Assembly (NCBI GenBank): GCA_964187785.1
Contig: OZ076416.1
Location: 41,478,001-41,542,000 of the forward strand
Direction: 5' to 3'
From: Amphiscolops sp. MND2022
Lineage: Eukaryota
DNA length: 64,000 nucleotides
The translations under genes were made by a program, and so were the position numbers. The notes beneath the pieces were generated by a model that was given only the letters and a program-made list of their open reading frames with translations, searched no databases and was not told the DNA's origin. Below are positions 23,963-36,980 of the stretch, piece after piece; position 1 is the stretch's first letter, and each line of letters opens with the position of its first letter.

Positions 23963-26900
23963 CTAGTGGTTTTTGGGTTTGTCATCTTTTGTCAAAGCTC
24001 TCGAAGATCTAACTCTACCATCACTTCCTTCTTGCTCCTCCAATACTCTCGCCACCTTGTAGTTGGGTCGCTTGATAAATTCATCCACCACCCAAACCAA
24101 ACCTTTTACTTTCAACTGTCTTAGATCATCTTTGTTCCATTTGTTACGCATATTCCTTTCCGGCAGGTATTCATCAGTCCAGCTGGTCCAAATCATATCC
24201 GAATAAGCTTGAGACACTCAGAATACTCGTCTCTTGTCTGTGTACCTTTGAGCGTCTGGTAGGAATGATGTCGCTAAGTTGCTCTTCACAATAAAAAATG
24301 ATTTCGTGTCAAAGGTTCCAAGTCATCTGGATCGACTCTGACACTTGTGAGTGGTCTACCATTCAACGTCTGCTCTAATAAACACATAGTTGTTATGAGG
24401 ACATCGTCAGTCAAAGATCGTCCATCTAGTACAGCTATCATTGCTTTTCGCAGCTCCGCGCCAGACGTTCCCCGATTTCTCCAAAAAGTGGATCTCCAGG
24501 AGGGTTGAATTTCCACTTGATGTCCTTTAGAGCTTAAGATTTCTCAATATCTGACTAATTCCATGCATTTATACAAGCTCTTATTCCATTAGCTGCACCT
24601 ACGAAGTTTGTCCCATTATCACTCCAATGCCCACTTCCAGGCAATAAAACGTGTGATAGCAGTTGAGCAGGTCACTGTTTTCAAATATGGAACAACTTCA
24701 ATATGAACTGCTCTAGTTGTCAAACAGGTGAAAGTACAGCACCATCTCTTCATTGTCTTTCGCATAAATTTCACTTCAAACAGACCAAAATCTTCAACTT
24801 TAGTGTTGGTGAAGAGAAACTCGTTCCTGCAATGTTTCTCGGGGAAAATTAGCCAGAAATGGTTGACGCGCTCCTGCCCGTGGCTCCCTATATTTGACAC
24901 ATTTCGTTTCGACGGTCCTCAGAGCGTTTCACAATCCGAAACTCCAATATTCTAGTCGCAGAATACTTCTTACGTGTTTTAATCCCTCGTGAAAAGTCGC
25001 TTGATGAGCTTCTGCAATCAACTTGTAGTGCTTTGCTGACAATAATATTGAATGTTTAACTCCATAACTAGAACTTGCATTTTGTAGCCGGACTTGTAAT
25101 CGTAGCAGTCCATTTTCATCCAAGAATGGTGATAACTTGTTCCATTGATCTGGAGCCGACATTTGTTGTTCCTTAGACAATCTATCATAGGCATCTGGAA
25201 AAATTTCGTTCCGTTGTATCAAAATCGCTAGCTTTGTCACCTTTAATTCTTCTAAGATCAGATCGTTTTTGTGTTTTTTCCTCTTCCACCTGAGGCAATA
25301 ATGAACACACGCGAGTTTTGTAAATAAACTAAACTTTTTCCCAATCAAATGGGGGTTCTCTCACAATAACTTCCATGACTGGTTCAGGTTTATCTTGAAA
25401 GCTAAATCGCAAATTTCAGGTGCCCTAGGCCAAGCGTACTCTGTCTCGTTAAGTCACCACAGCCCTGTGAGCCACTTGTTTTCCTTTAGGGCTTCGACTG
25501 TCTTTCCATGAGTGCCAATGTCAGCGGGGGTCCAGTTTTCCTTCAACATGCCGCCACTGATCGATACTTGAGTTTTCGAGAATTTCAGTAACTCGGTTTG
25601 CCACAAGGACCCGTTGCTTGTTATTACTTGCATGAAGCTATTGTAAAACCGTTGTTGAATTTGTTCAATGTACAATTCGTTTTACTTCAACATCATGTTC
25701 TTTTGAAATGAGTTCTCGCAGTCTTACTTCAAAAAATGCTGCCTGCAACTCCAATTTTGCCACTGTCATGTTTCTAGTTGGAGCTACTTTACATTTTCCG
25801 ATCACAAAGGTCACCTCGCTATTTTCTTGCTTTCTCAGGTAGGCAACCATACACATAGCTTCCAACGAAGCATCTGATAAGATATGTAGATCATTTTTGT
25901 TAACTCTTGACTGGAAGTTTGTTCTTTCAAGGATCATTTGGCTTACATGAGTCTTTTCTGATGCCCATTTCTTGAACTCGTGTCGATCGTCTTCAATCAG
26001 TTCTTTATTCCACGACTGTCCGTTCTTCCTCAATATTGATTTCAATAGTAGGGGCATTCTTATGGTGAAAGAGGACAATAATCCTAGAGGGTCGAAAACA
26101 GCTGAAACATGGGATAGCACCGCTTTCTGCGTTATTTTCACCGGTATTGCCTTCTGCAGGCCTCTGCAGACTTTTCATTTGTCTGCGTCAACGTTCCATT
26201 GCATCCTCAAGATGAATAGAGAAGTCGGCTCTGCTTCAAAGGTTTTACTTGAGGACGGTGATTTGTCTGCTGAGTGATAGTCATCATAGTCTTCTCGCAG
26301 TTGCAAATCCATTTTGTCAACTGAAAGCCTCCCTTTGACATCATCGCTCGCAACAATTTGTAGATTTCAATAGCCTGCTCAGCGCTGGGAACCGACTTGA
26401 CAAAGTCCCTTGTAGAAGTTTGGCGTTATCAGTTTGACGATTTGTGGGGACTCCTGTGATCATAGGAATCATAGGATAAGCAACACTTTACAATCTTCCC
26501 GTGGTACTTCCACTTGTAGGAAATTCGTCTCAATGTCAGCATTAGTGGTGATTTTTTGATAACTAAACCTGGTGATTATTCCAACTAGATTCTTCAGTAA
26601 GTCCGGTCCTGTCAAGAGGTTGTCATTCAATGAAATTCCGCAGATTTTGGAAGCTGCGTTGCAGACTCGACTCGCTTTCCCAGGTTTGTTCAGATTTTCA
26701 ACTGGGCGAAGTGGTAAATACTATTCTTTCCAATTTTGTCGCTTCTAACTCTTCCTGTTTGTCATCTTCAAGGCTTCTTGCTGTGGAAGTGGTCCACAGA
26801 GGGTCCATCCAAGTTTCGTTTTCATTGCCAAAGCTCATCATTCCTGCAGGCCAACCATTTTTTCCGGCCAATGTATATGGTAATAGCCCTGTCTCAATAT

Positions 26901-29436
26901 CATTTTTACTTACACCTTTGAATTTCAAAAAGTCTTCGCTTAGAACCGACAAGTTATGATTGGCATGTTTGAACTCCCGATAGTTGTAGATCTTTGTTCC
27001 GGTGTCAATGTTTGGATGAATGTACACTGTAACGTAGTGTTCATCGGTCTTTGTCTTGGCACCAATTCCTACGGTGAATCGTTCGCATTTCACGTCATTT
27101 GTCCCATGGATTCCAGCTACACTCAATTTTCAGGTCAATTTTTCCCCGTGAGCATTTAAATTGTCAACCAATTTCTTGTCTACGAACAATAAGCTTGCTC
27201 CAGAGTCGCACAATGCCAATGTTGATTCTTGTTTTTGTTTCAATTTGGATGATTACCGGTATAACATGCAAAATTCCACTACTCTTCAGTGAGCAAAATG
27301 CAGAGTTCGCATCCGCTTTCTGTTGTGGGTCTTACCGTCAATTTTTTTTCTGCTATTCTTTCGCTTCGCGATTTAGCAATTGATGGTGCCGTCTGTTACA
27401 ATATTTGTCTCCACACGCTTTGTATGTGCAATCTTTCACCATATGTTTCCCAGAAAAGCAACAAAAGCAAAATTTAAACTCTCTGGCTTTCTCATATACC
27501 GCTTGATAAGTCATCTTCAGCAACATCGCGCATTTCCGCAAAGGATGTTACCATCTTTCATAAAACAATCTTGACCAGTTTTCTTGTCTTTGTTGTCGTC
27601 AGCTAAAAATGAGAAGGTAGAGTTCTTTGGTGTCTTTTCTTCGGTTTGTCAACACCGCTGCTATCTCTTGAAACCATACGCTGAACGCTGCCAGCCCCAT
27701 ATTGTAATTGGCTTTTTGTTTCGCGTGCGTGAAGCATTTGGTTTTCATATTCAATGGCAGCTTTCTGGTACCAGTACTCAAGACGCCTTCTGACTGCAAA
27801 CCCCAACATTGTTAATCTGCGTCAGAACTTGTAGACAATTGGGAATTATTCTCAAGTATTGGATCAATAGTACAGAATTATACGTTTTCATGGGTGGAAA
27901 AGTTAATATGCGTCTTAGTTGTGCGTTAACTACCAGTTGCGGTCTCTCGAAGTGCGCAACCAACGTATTCCAGGCAACATCATACATGTCTCCATTATAG
28001 CCTAGTCCAGCTATGACTTCTTTAGCTATCCCAGTGACTAACGTTTTGAGGTGATGATTCATCGTCAGCCTGGTGTCAATGTTCGCATCGTGTACAGTCG
28101 CGAGGAACAAACTTGACCACTCAGGCCATTTCAATGTGTTACCTGAGAAGTCTGCCAGCTTCAGATTTGGTGGCTGGTAGGCTCACCGCTTCATTTTTTG
28201 TTGGCGCGAACTGATTCTGAACGGGTGCTGAGGGTGCCACTGGTGGCGGCAAAGTACCACTTCTCGTCTGGTTACTTAACAATGGTTGGTTTGGAGGTAT
28301 GAGGCTCCCAAACTGCTCCTGTTGTTGCACTGTCTTGTTCACTTGCATCTTCTCTGATTCAGCTTTCGGCACAAATCGACTGGCCGACGTACCATCTTTT
28401 GCAATTGTCGGCTGCGTTGTTCTAGCAGCCAGGTGGGGTATTTGTGTTGTGTGTGGCGATGAGTCAGCTTGTGGTTGGGTCTGTTGTCCAGTGCGTTCCT
28501 GGCTAACACACTGTCTTTCTTCGTTGCTTTGCTGTCAATGTTGCTGTGATCCAACCACGACGGAACTTTCTCAAACGGATCGCTCTGAACGGGTATCGGT
28601 GAGACACTCCAAAAGCTTGTGCTTGCCTGAATACTCCATGCTCGAGCTATTTCCCTTTCCTTTTCTGAGATTCGGTTGCCGCTCGCAATTTCTTCTTCGA
28701 GTTTAGCAATTTCGAGTCCTTCTGCAAGTATCCCCATGTTCACCGCTTGTTTCTTTCGGATCTCAGCCTAATTGGTAATCGGTTTCTTCGTGTTTGTTTG
28801 ATGCTTCTTGTTCTAAGCGCAGCACTCGCTTCGTATCATGATTTTGCACTAACTGATGTTCTGTTGCTTTTAGTTCGACCCTGTTGTGGATGTATGTCAA
28901 ATCCCTCTGTTGGCAGCCGCTTCTTGGCTTTTTCTTGTCGTCCAATTTCTGATCCTTCTGTTTCTTTTATCTGTTATCAAGTGGTGACTTCTCTTCGAGT
29001 GAGGTGCCATCTTTAAAGGATTTATCTACTGCACACTTTACACGCACGTCTGCTCGTCTCTGCTTAGCGTCTCCGAAACTCCACAAATTGCTCCCGCGTC
29101 TTATGACTTCAGCAGAGCTTCAAATTTTGTTTCGATGTTTGACCTTTTCCACAGCAGTTCTTGACATGCCACAGCATAATCTTCTTCGTCGATGCCTTCG
29201 CTGTTTGCGATTGCATCATCCCGCGACTTTTCCTTTCAAACCATTCTTTCATCATCAGCACGTTTCTTTTCATCAAGATCCAAATGGCTTTGTATCTCAC
29301 TTTCAACTTGCATTGCTGACATCAGTATTATTGCGAAACTTCCAATGCGCGAGTTTTGTTGCTGTAACTCCTCAAATCGGCACTGCATTTCTTTGTTCAT
29401 GTATGCGAACGCTTCGAGTATCTGAGATTGATACAT
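23963..29436 (-). pseudogene. BEL/Pao gag-pol, heavily fragmented
   Basis: ORF fragments 27778-28134, 27353-27541, 25665-26141, 24929-25348, 24619-24900, 24286-24516 and 23963-24217 carry BEL-type motifs. Confidence 0.85.
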
Positions 29437-29622
29437 GAGCTTTACTGAATTTTGAACAGCCTAGAAAAGGCGCTCTTAATTCCGAGTCGTGTCCTTTATT
29501 TATAGCAGTAGTTTAGATATTTTCTTGTCTTCTTGAGCGCAAGCTAAACTCTCATCATTTTTTTGATCGACTTGCTGTGCTCGGCAGCTACGGCATGTAG
29601 CTCACAATAATCCCACTCATAA

Positions 29623-29740
29623 TAGCTCAATCTCCCAGAGGCATAGTAGCCCAATGTCCTAGAGACACATTAGACCAGTCGCCCAGAGACACAATAGCCC
29701 AATTTCCCAGAGGCACAATAGCCCAATAACCCAGGGTACA
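29623..29740. repeat. 24-bp minisatellite, 5 units (TAGCCCAATxxCCCAGAGxCACAA)
   Basis: Units start at 29623, 29647, 29671, 29695 and 29719, in the BEL leader region. Confidence 0.9.
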
Positions 29741-30959
29741 TGTATACACAAGAGCTCCTGTAATACGACTTCGAACCTCCAAGAGTCTGCAGATGTAGCT
29801 CAACCACCAGAGTATACTAAACAATCAAGAGAATCCATATGAGACCACTTTGCAGCACACACAGTTATGTAAAAGTCACCAACAGTCGTCGTTCACAGTA
29901 CACGTCCACCTGTTCCAACAGTGCTTTTCTGGCTGTCTAGCAGTTGGATGATCATCCAGTTGTCCGCCCAATTGATGATGTGCGCCCAATGGATGTTGTC
30001 CGGGTCGAGAAATCAAATGTAACGGCTGCTTGATTCCTTCACTTGACCAAATTTTACGCCGCCATGAATTCGGTGTTCGGTGCTGCGGGTCGTTACCAAA
30101 CACTTCTTGCTTATTCTCGAATTGCACTTCTTCCTTGTCTCTTAATACGACCAACTATCCACAGGTTGATAGTCACCAATTCAGTCGCCCTAAGATTTTG
30201 ACGAAAAGTCAAAAAAAAATGTGAAGAATTGAATTGGGAATGAAGGTGGTCCTGAGACCCAACTTTAACACAGCTTTTCGATCAATTTGTGTCTAACTAG
30301 TTATGGTATACATCTCTATGTTATGGTTTACATCTCTATTCACAACTATTTGATAAAACTAAAACAAAATTTGAAGTATAAAAAAGACATTAAAAGCATA
30401 TAACGAAGTTATTGCCTATGTAATCATACCAAGTGGTTGTTTTTGCATGAATATTAGGCGAGCTAGAAAGTATGGTTATACAAAGTAAATATGAACAATT
30501 ACGTTAGCGTTTTTTACCTTCAAGGTCATATGAAAAAGTCACATAATACTTTCTGTATCAAATCTGGGTTTTCATGAGGTCCGATCTAGGTCAATTTCGG
30601 TGTTAAGTTCTCGGGACCCAGAGCAGATAGTGAAAAGCTAGGTTAGCACCACCAGTATATGTGTGCCAAGTATTGAGATGATCAAAAGATCAGTTCACCC
30701 GGACTGGGGGTGTCTTTTTTTGGCCATCACTATTTTCTTATTGCAGAAACTTGTAGTTTTCAACTAAAATCTTGGCAAAGTTTCTAAGTGTTTTGAGTTG
30801 TAAGTTTCATCAGTCAAGTTCGAATTTGAGTCTGTCGTCTTCCAATTGACTGGCGCCGCCAACAAACAGCATCAATCAGTTTTTGGTCTGCCAAACAGTT
30901 CATTGCTCTGTTGCACCTCCCTTCAAAGCTTTGGGGATGTCCTCATATCTGCGAAGTTT

Positions 30960-32160
30960 TCGGACTGGGCGTTCTTGAAAAGTCAGCTCAACAATGGGTA
31001 TTCTGCGGGTATTCTCTGAATAGTTTCGCGCTCTGTCAGCTTATTAGTGCGGTCCACGCCACGCGCGATCGCGAATAAGTTTGTGGGTACAATCTTTCGG
31101 TATTATATTACAGAAAAAACACAATGCGTCGCCTACGTCGTGAGATTTTGTCTTCAAGTGTTTGCCAATTTTCTGTTCTTGTCTTAGTTGCGCTTGGTGC
31201 GTTTTCCTACAGACACGTTCATGAATTTCTTGTTTCCTGGCTAACAGGTGCTCTAAAAGAATGCCTTTTGACTCGAACCCTCGCGCCTCTGCAGAGCCGC
31301 CCATGCGTAGGTACTGTTGCCGTGTGGACCTCAATGCATCCACCGTTGGTTGTTCCTCAAAGTATTGTTCTTGCGCGTACATTGAAGTCGAGTTCCGTTG
31401 CACACTACTTCAATGATCTTCTGCATTGTACCGTATTGTCACGACGCTACTTCTTCAATCAGGAAGTCCTGGCTGCGTAAGCTTTCAGCGCGTCCACATT
31501 CTGCATTTAGTCTTCGTTACTAGTATGGTTGTGTGTACAAAACTGTTTTTGTATATAGATCTTGTTAGAGCCCGTTCCGAATCGGCGTGCCATAAGAGCG
31601 AGTAAATTTTAATCCGTGAATCGCACGGCTTTCGAGTTGTTCGTGATGTAATTTCGGGCCTCATTCCCTGAAACCTCAACTCTAAGTCCGAGTTACCTGT
31701 GAAGATACCACTGGAGTAGTTGTCTCCAGTTGTTTAAGCGCCTTTGGCAAAGAGATTGAAAGATGACGTGTCGGTCATGGGTCTGTCCCTGTATCACATT
31801 GCAACAGATTGGCTTGAACCATCTCTGTACACTGAAGATGATTGTAGATTTGCTTAATTGGTCTACTTGATTCGTGTTCTGCTGTTAGATTGAGGAGCGA
31901 AATTTCTATATGCCTGTTGCTGCGCGGAAAACGCACTCTTGGAGGGCGCATTAGACTGAGTTTATGCCCCAAACTTAGGTGGATGGCTGTTGTGCGTCGT
32001 TTGCTGATTGTGCGACAACTAGAACCAAGTCCTTCATTGTTGCTGTGAAGTTCATCATGCGGTTGTGCTGACGACAGTGTCTCGGCGTTGCATTAGGTGT
32101 GACATCGACTTTAGCCGCTCGTCTGGTTCTGTATGTGTCTCAGTTCGTTCTTTGACGTTT
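30960..32160 (-). pseudogene. Gypsy integrase remnant
   Basis: - strand fragments include RFGTG..IY...QF and HKL...AWRGPH, the latter typical of Gypsy integrase C-termini. Boundaries are approximate. Confidence 0.5.
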
Positions 32161-32175
32161 TGAATGTTTTTTCTC

Positions 32176-33090
32176 GGACACTTGGAGGTCACGTGCCGGC
32201 TGTGGGTCCTGTCAAGTGTGGTTTTTCAGGATCACACGAGCTGAGTGCCTTTAAAAATCGTCATAAGGACACATATGGTTGCCACTAGCAGACTTTGTCT
32301 GTCAGAACTATTATGTTCGACATTTTCCAATTGTGGAATTGTAATTTTTGATCATGTTCTTTATGCATCGGAAGTTTGTACATGTTTCAGTTTTTTCTTT
32401 GATGTTTTAAAGGATTTTTCAGGGACCCTTGGAGGTCATGTTCCCGTCGTGGGTCCTGTCAAGTGTGGCTTCTCAGTATCACTCGACCTGAGTGCCTCCA
32501 AAATTTCATCATAAGGACCCATATGGTTGCCACTAGCAGACTTTGTCTGTCAGAACTATTACGTCCGACATTCTCTAATTTTGGTTCATCTTATTCAATG
32601 ATGTTTCGAATATATTTCCGGGACCCTCGGAGGTCACGTTCCCGTCTTGGGTCCTGTCAAGTGTGGTTTTTCAGAACCACACGAGCTGAGCGCTCCAAAA
32701 ATTCATCAGAGGACACTATGGTTGCCACTGGCTCACTTTGTTGGTCAAAACCAATATGTCCGACAATTTCTATTTTTGGAATTGCGTTTCGAAGGATGTG
32801 CTTGTTTTCATCGGAGAGTTGTACTTGTGTCAATTTATTCTATGATCTTTTGCATGTTTTTTCTGGGACCCTTGGAGGTCACGGTCACGTTCCCGTCGTG
32901 GGTCCTGTCAAGTGTGGTTTTTCGGAACCACACGAGCTGAGAGCCTCCGAAACTTCATCATAAAGAGACATTTGGTTGCCACTGGCAGACTTTGTCTGTC
33001 AAAACTATTATGTCCGACAATTTCTAATTGTAGAATTGTGTTGTGAATCATGCTCTTTTGGCATCAGAAGGTTGTACGTGTGTCAGTTTA
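32176..33090. repeat. Tandem array of about 245-bp units (4 copies; unit 2 internally deleted)
   Basis: GGACCCTTGGAGGTCA...GGGTCCTGTCAAGTGTGG...GGTTGCCACT recurs at 32176, 32423, 32621 and 32866. Confidence 0.9.
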
Positions 33091-33091
33091 T

Positions 33092-33592
33092 CCCAAAAAC
33101 TAGTTTTCATGGTCATGTTGTTCTCCCTATTCCTTGATTTCAGTGTTTCCAATTGTATACCTGAATTGTATTCACAAATAGGTTTAAATCCCCTAATTTT
33201 TGCTCAATTTGCACTTGTTTTAGACTTTTTTGTTTTCTTTAAGTGATATTTCGTTATGTTTTCTACCCAAAAACTAGATTTTGTAGTCATATTATTGTCA
33301 TAATTCATTGATTTTAGTGTTTTCAAATTTAGTGATCTGAATTGTATTCACGAATAGATTTGAATCCCATGGTTTCAGAGAAATTTGCGCCTTTTCAGCA
33401 TTTTTGTTGCCATTTATAGGTGATAATACGTTAATTGTACCACCCAAAAACTAGATTTCATAGTCAAGTTAATTTCATACTTTATTGATTTTGGTGTAGC
33501 CACTTACATATCTCAATTGTATTCACTACTAGATTTGAATCCCATGGATTTAGCAAAATTTGCGCTTTTTCAGGCTTTTTTTGCCATTTTTG
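33092..33592. repeat. Tandem array of about 175-bp degenerate units (3 copies)
   Basis: CCCAAAAACTAG...AATTGTATTCAC...TTT(G/A)AATCCC recurs at 33092, 33266 and 33443. Confidence 0.8.
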
Positions 33593-36500
33593 GCCGACAC
33601 AACGCTCAGCCCAGAAGAACAGAAACAAATTGAAGAAATCCTCATTGAGTTTCAAGATATTTTTGCCAGACACCGATTCGACATTGGCACCAATCGTGAA
33701 TTCAAGGTTAAACTCACACCAAATGATGATCGACCAGCCTACAGTCAAAGTTTGCCAACACCAATCAACCTCAAAGATGACATTACGGTAGAACTAGCAC
33801 TTCTACACAAATATGGAATCATAACAACTATACCTTTTTCAAAATACGCTAGTCCAATCTTTGCACAACGCAAGCCAAACGGACGCCTCAGACTACTCGT
33901 GGATCTCAGAAAAATCAACAGTTTAATCACTGAAGACTACATCAACAATAACCACCCGGTAAGCACATTGTCGGATGCAGCACAACATATGGCGGGCAAG
34001 AAACTTTTCTGCAAATTAGACTGCTCCCAAGCTTACCACTGCCTTCAAATGGCAGACTACCAATCTATTCAGATGCTTGCCTTCAACTTTGCAAGCCGAA
34101 CCGTTGCTTATCGCCGACTCACTCAAGGCCTTAGCAGATCTCTCTCGGCCTTTTCTAGCTTCATGAGGGAGTACCTTTACAAGGCGATCAAGGCTGACCA
34201 ATGTGCACAGTATGTCGATGACATTGGTCTAGCAGCAAACGACTTAAAACAGTTATGCGCCAATATCAGGACGGTCTTTGAATGTATCCGAAATGCTGGT
34301 TTAAAACTCACAATGTCCAAATGTCATAGTCAACTCATAGTCATGTCTGATGCAAGCTTTACAGCAGCAGGATATGCTATCATGATAGAAGACGATCCCA
34401 GCCAAAAACTCCAGTCCAAACGCAAAACATATGCACCTATAGCATCTGGTTCGAAAACCTTCAACCCAACACAAACAAAATTGTCGATCTATGCGAAAGA
34501 ATTCCTTTCCATATACTTTGCTTTTGTTGAATTCGGACACCTCATGGGGGAAGCACTTTTCCAGTCGTAGTGTTCACCGACAACACATCTGTAACCCGCT
34601 TTTTTCAAGCAAAACTCATTCCTCCAGCACTTTGGAACGCATGCGATTTTGTCCTGCAATACAATTTTTTCACCGCCCATGTTGCTGGTTCAATGAATAC
34701 TGCGGCGGATTTTGTATCCAGAACGGAAGTCAACCCAGTTGAAAAACTTGAAATGAGCATAAGAAACGATATCCAAACCAAAGCGATAGAAGTCAATATA
34801 CAATCTTCAAGTATTATGGAAGAAGAACAAATCTACATCCTCCCCGACGATGAATGTGATGAAAACAAACTTTGGGAAGAAAAGCAAAACGTGAGAAATC
34901 AAGCTCAAACTGAAACTCACAATGACCCAGAAAACAATGTTACTGAACTTCAACAATTTCACAAACCGACATCAGGCTTAAACACATGCTCTGAAGGACA
35001 TTTCCGAGATAATGCCAGAATCAGACTCGAACAAAACAATAATGACATTGTTCTTAGGAACCTCAGAGCTAAAATAGAAAGAAACCCCTTTGATGAAAAC
35101 GACTTAGCATCTGATTACAGATATCAGCATTACCTCCAAAACACAACCAGAATCGAAATCAAGCAAGAGGTTCTAACGAGAAGGTACCACACAGACACAG
35201 GAACCACTTCGCATTGTCAGATTTTGTTACCAACACAACTCCTAGAAGAACTACTTCAAGCCTTACACGGTCACAATTCAAACCATCCGGGTATCACAAA
35301 GATGATACAAGAAGTAAGGCAGAAATACTACTACCCTTGTTTTGCAAAATACATTAAAAAAAGGGTGAGTAATTGTCAAACCTGCATACAAACCAAAAGG
35401 ATCAATAATGACCTCCTCAGAACCGAACTACTTAATTGCCCAGAATGGGATCTCGGCCCTGAAGACATTCTTCAAATGGACATTCTGCCAAATCTACCAA
35501 CCAGCGGTGGATATGACCATATAATAACAGCGATCGACGTTTTCTCTCGATACCTGTTTGCATATCCAGTAACCCGCATCACTGCAACATCAGTAGCCAG
35601 AGTGATAATGGACATATTATGTAAACATACATACCTTCTAACAACAATCATCACAGATCTTGGCACACAATTCAATGCCCAAGTAACCCATGAAGTTACA
35701 GCTGTTCTAGGTGTTGAGCTAAAGCATGCAACAATGAAACACGCTCAAACAATAGGACTTCTGAAAAGAACACATGCTTCAGTCAAAACCCAACTCAAAG
35801 CAGCAACTGGAGAATTCCGACATAACTGGCATAAATTTCTCCCGTTAGCAGTACTAAACCACAACACAACCTATCATGCATCGCTTGGTTGCGAGCCTTC
35901 ACGAGTCTTTCATGGCCGCATCCCGCACAACATACTGGATTATAAGTTAGGATACAATCCTAATCCGAAATATCAACCCCAAACTGACGTTGCAGAAGAA
36001 ATACAACGACGAGTGAGAATACTTTCAGACCAAACCAAAAAGAACACAATGCAATCCTATCTCAAATACAAAGCCTATTATGATAGGAAAGCAAAAGCAT
36101 CACCGTTAGAAATAACGGACTAGTGCTACATTTTAAACACGAAAGCTGACACACAAGCAACAAAAATACCATTTCGGGAATTCAGATGGCAGGGTCCTTA
36201 CAAAGTCGAAAAAGTCCTTCCTAATAACATTTTTTTAGTTAGGAGACTGGGAACAAATAAAACACAACTTTTACATAGAATCAGGTTGAGAAAATTTACA
36301 CCGCAAGCACCTTTAGCCGACATTTTTGTACGAGATCTGATTGGCAAAAAGATGATCAAATGCCAATGGCACATGATGACTTATATGCCTAATCATGGAA
36401 CACAAATTTTGGGCCTAACCCATTTGACGATAGCCCTCCAAATTATACACAAACTACTGATGATATTGAATATGTACCTGTTGAAGTACCTGAAAATAAC

Positions 36501-36787
36501 CACCCTCCCTCCCCCAAATTTCCAAAAAATAGTGGGGGAGCCCAGTGGAACAGACCACTGAACGCGAAGAAAAAAATCGTGATGAAAATCTACAAAAAAT
36601 TCAAGATGAAGAATCAGAAATCTCCCAAAAAAACCCAAGAGAAAATACACCAGAAACGCAAACCCAAAAAACCCCAGAAAACTCCGAAAATACCCCATTG
36701 CAAGAAGAACCCATAAATACTCGTGGTGAAAAATACAACTTACGTCCTAACCCTAACCCAAACTATTCTGACTCCTACAGATACTAA
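33593..36787 (+). pseudogene. pol: Truncated Gypsy pol: RT (YVDD), RNase H and integrase, with an internal deletion
   Basis: KLDCSQAYH and AQYVDDIG; KLTMSKCH joins directly to VMSDASF, so the RT-RH connection is missing. Integrase H-H-C-C and AIDVFSR...TDLGTQF are present, and the tail reads YNLRPNPNP. No LTRs flank it. Confidence 0.9.
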
Positions 36788-36980
36788 AAACGCAGAGACT
36801 GACAACAATTTCTTTCCTTCCAGTCTATCTTTTTCTCTGTTTGAAACTGTCTTCATTCTGCACTATATCCATCACAAACAATAATACCGATGGATTAATA
36901 AATACAATAACACAGAAATTTAAAGAAACACATAAAAACGAAAACCGAAGTTCACAATCAGAAGTTTACACAATAGTGAA

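Larger units (their letters stand above)
23169..30864 (-). mobile_element. Decayed BEL/Pao LTR retrotransposon, possibly a chimera of two subfamilies
   Basis: LTR-like copies at 23169-23906 and 30018-30864 both begin TGTTGGCG and end CGTTACA on the - strand, but are visibly diverged and lack a TSD. Between them are gag (KWPEWSSLF), RT, Pao RNase H (HILSDASLEAMC), integrase (WCCTFTCLTTRAVHIE) and DUF5641-like fragments. Confidence 0.85.

Noticed and set aside
29623-33592. CRISPR-like repeat-spacer arrays
   Set aside because: The units are contiguous tandem repeats with homologous rather than unique spacers, the context is eukaryotic, and there are no cas genes.
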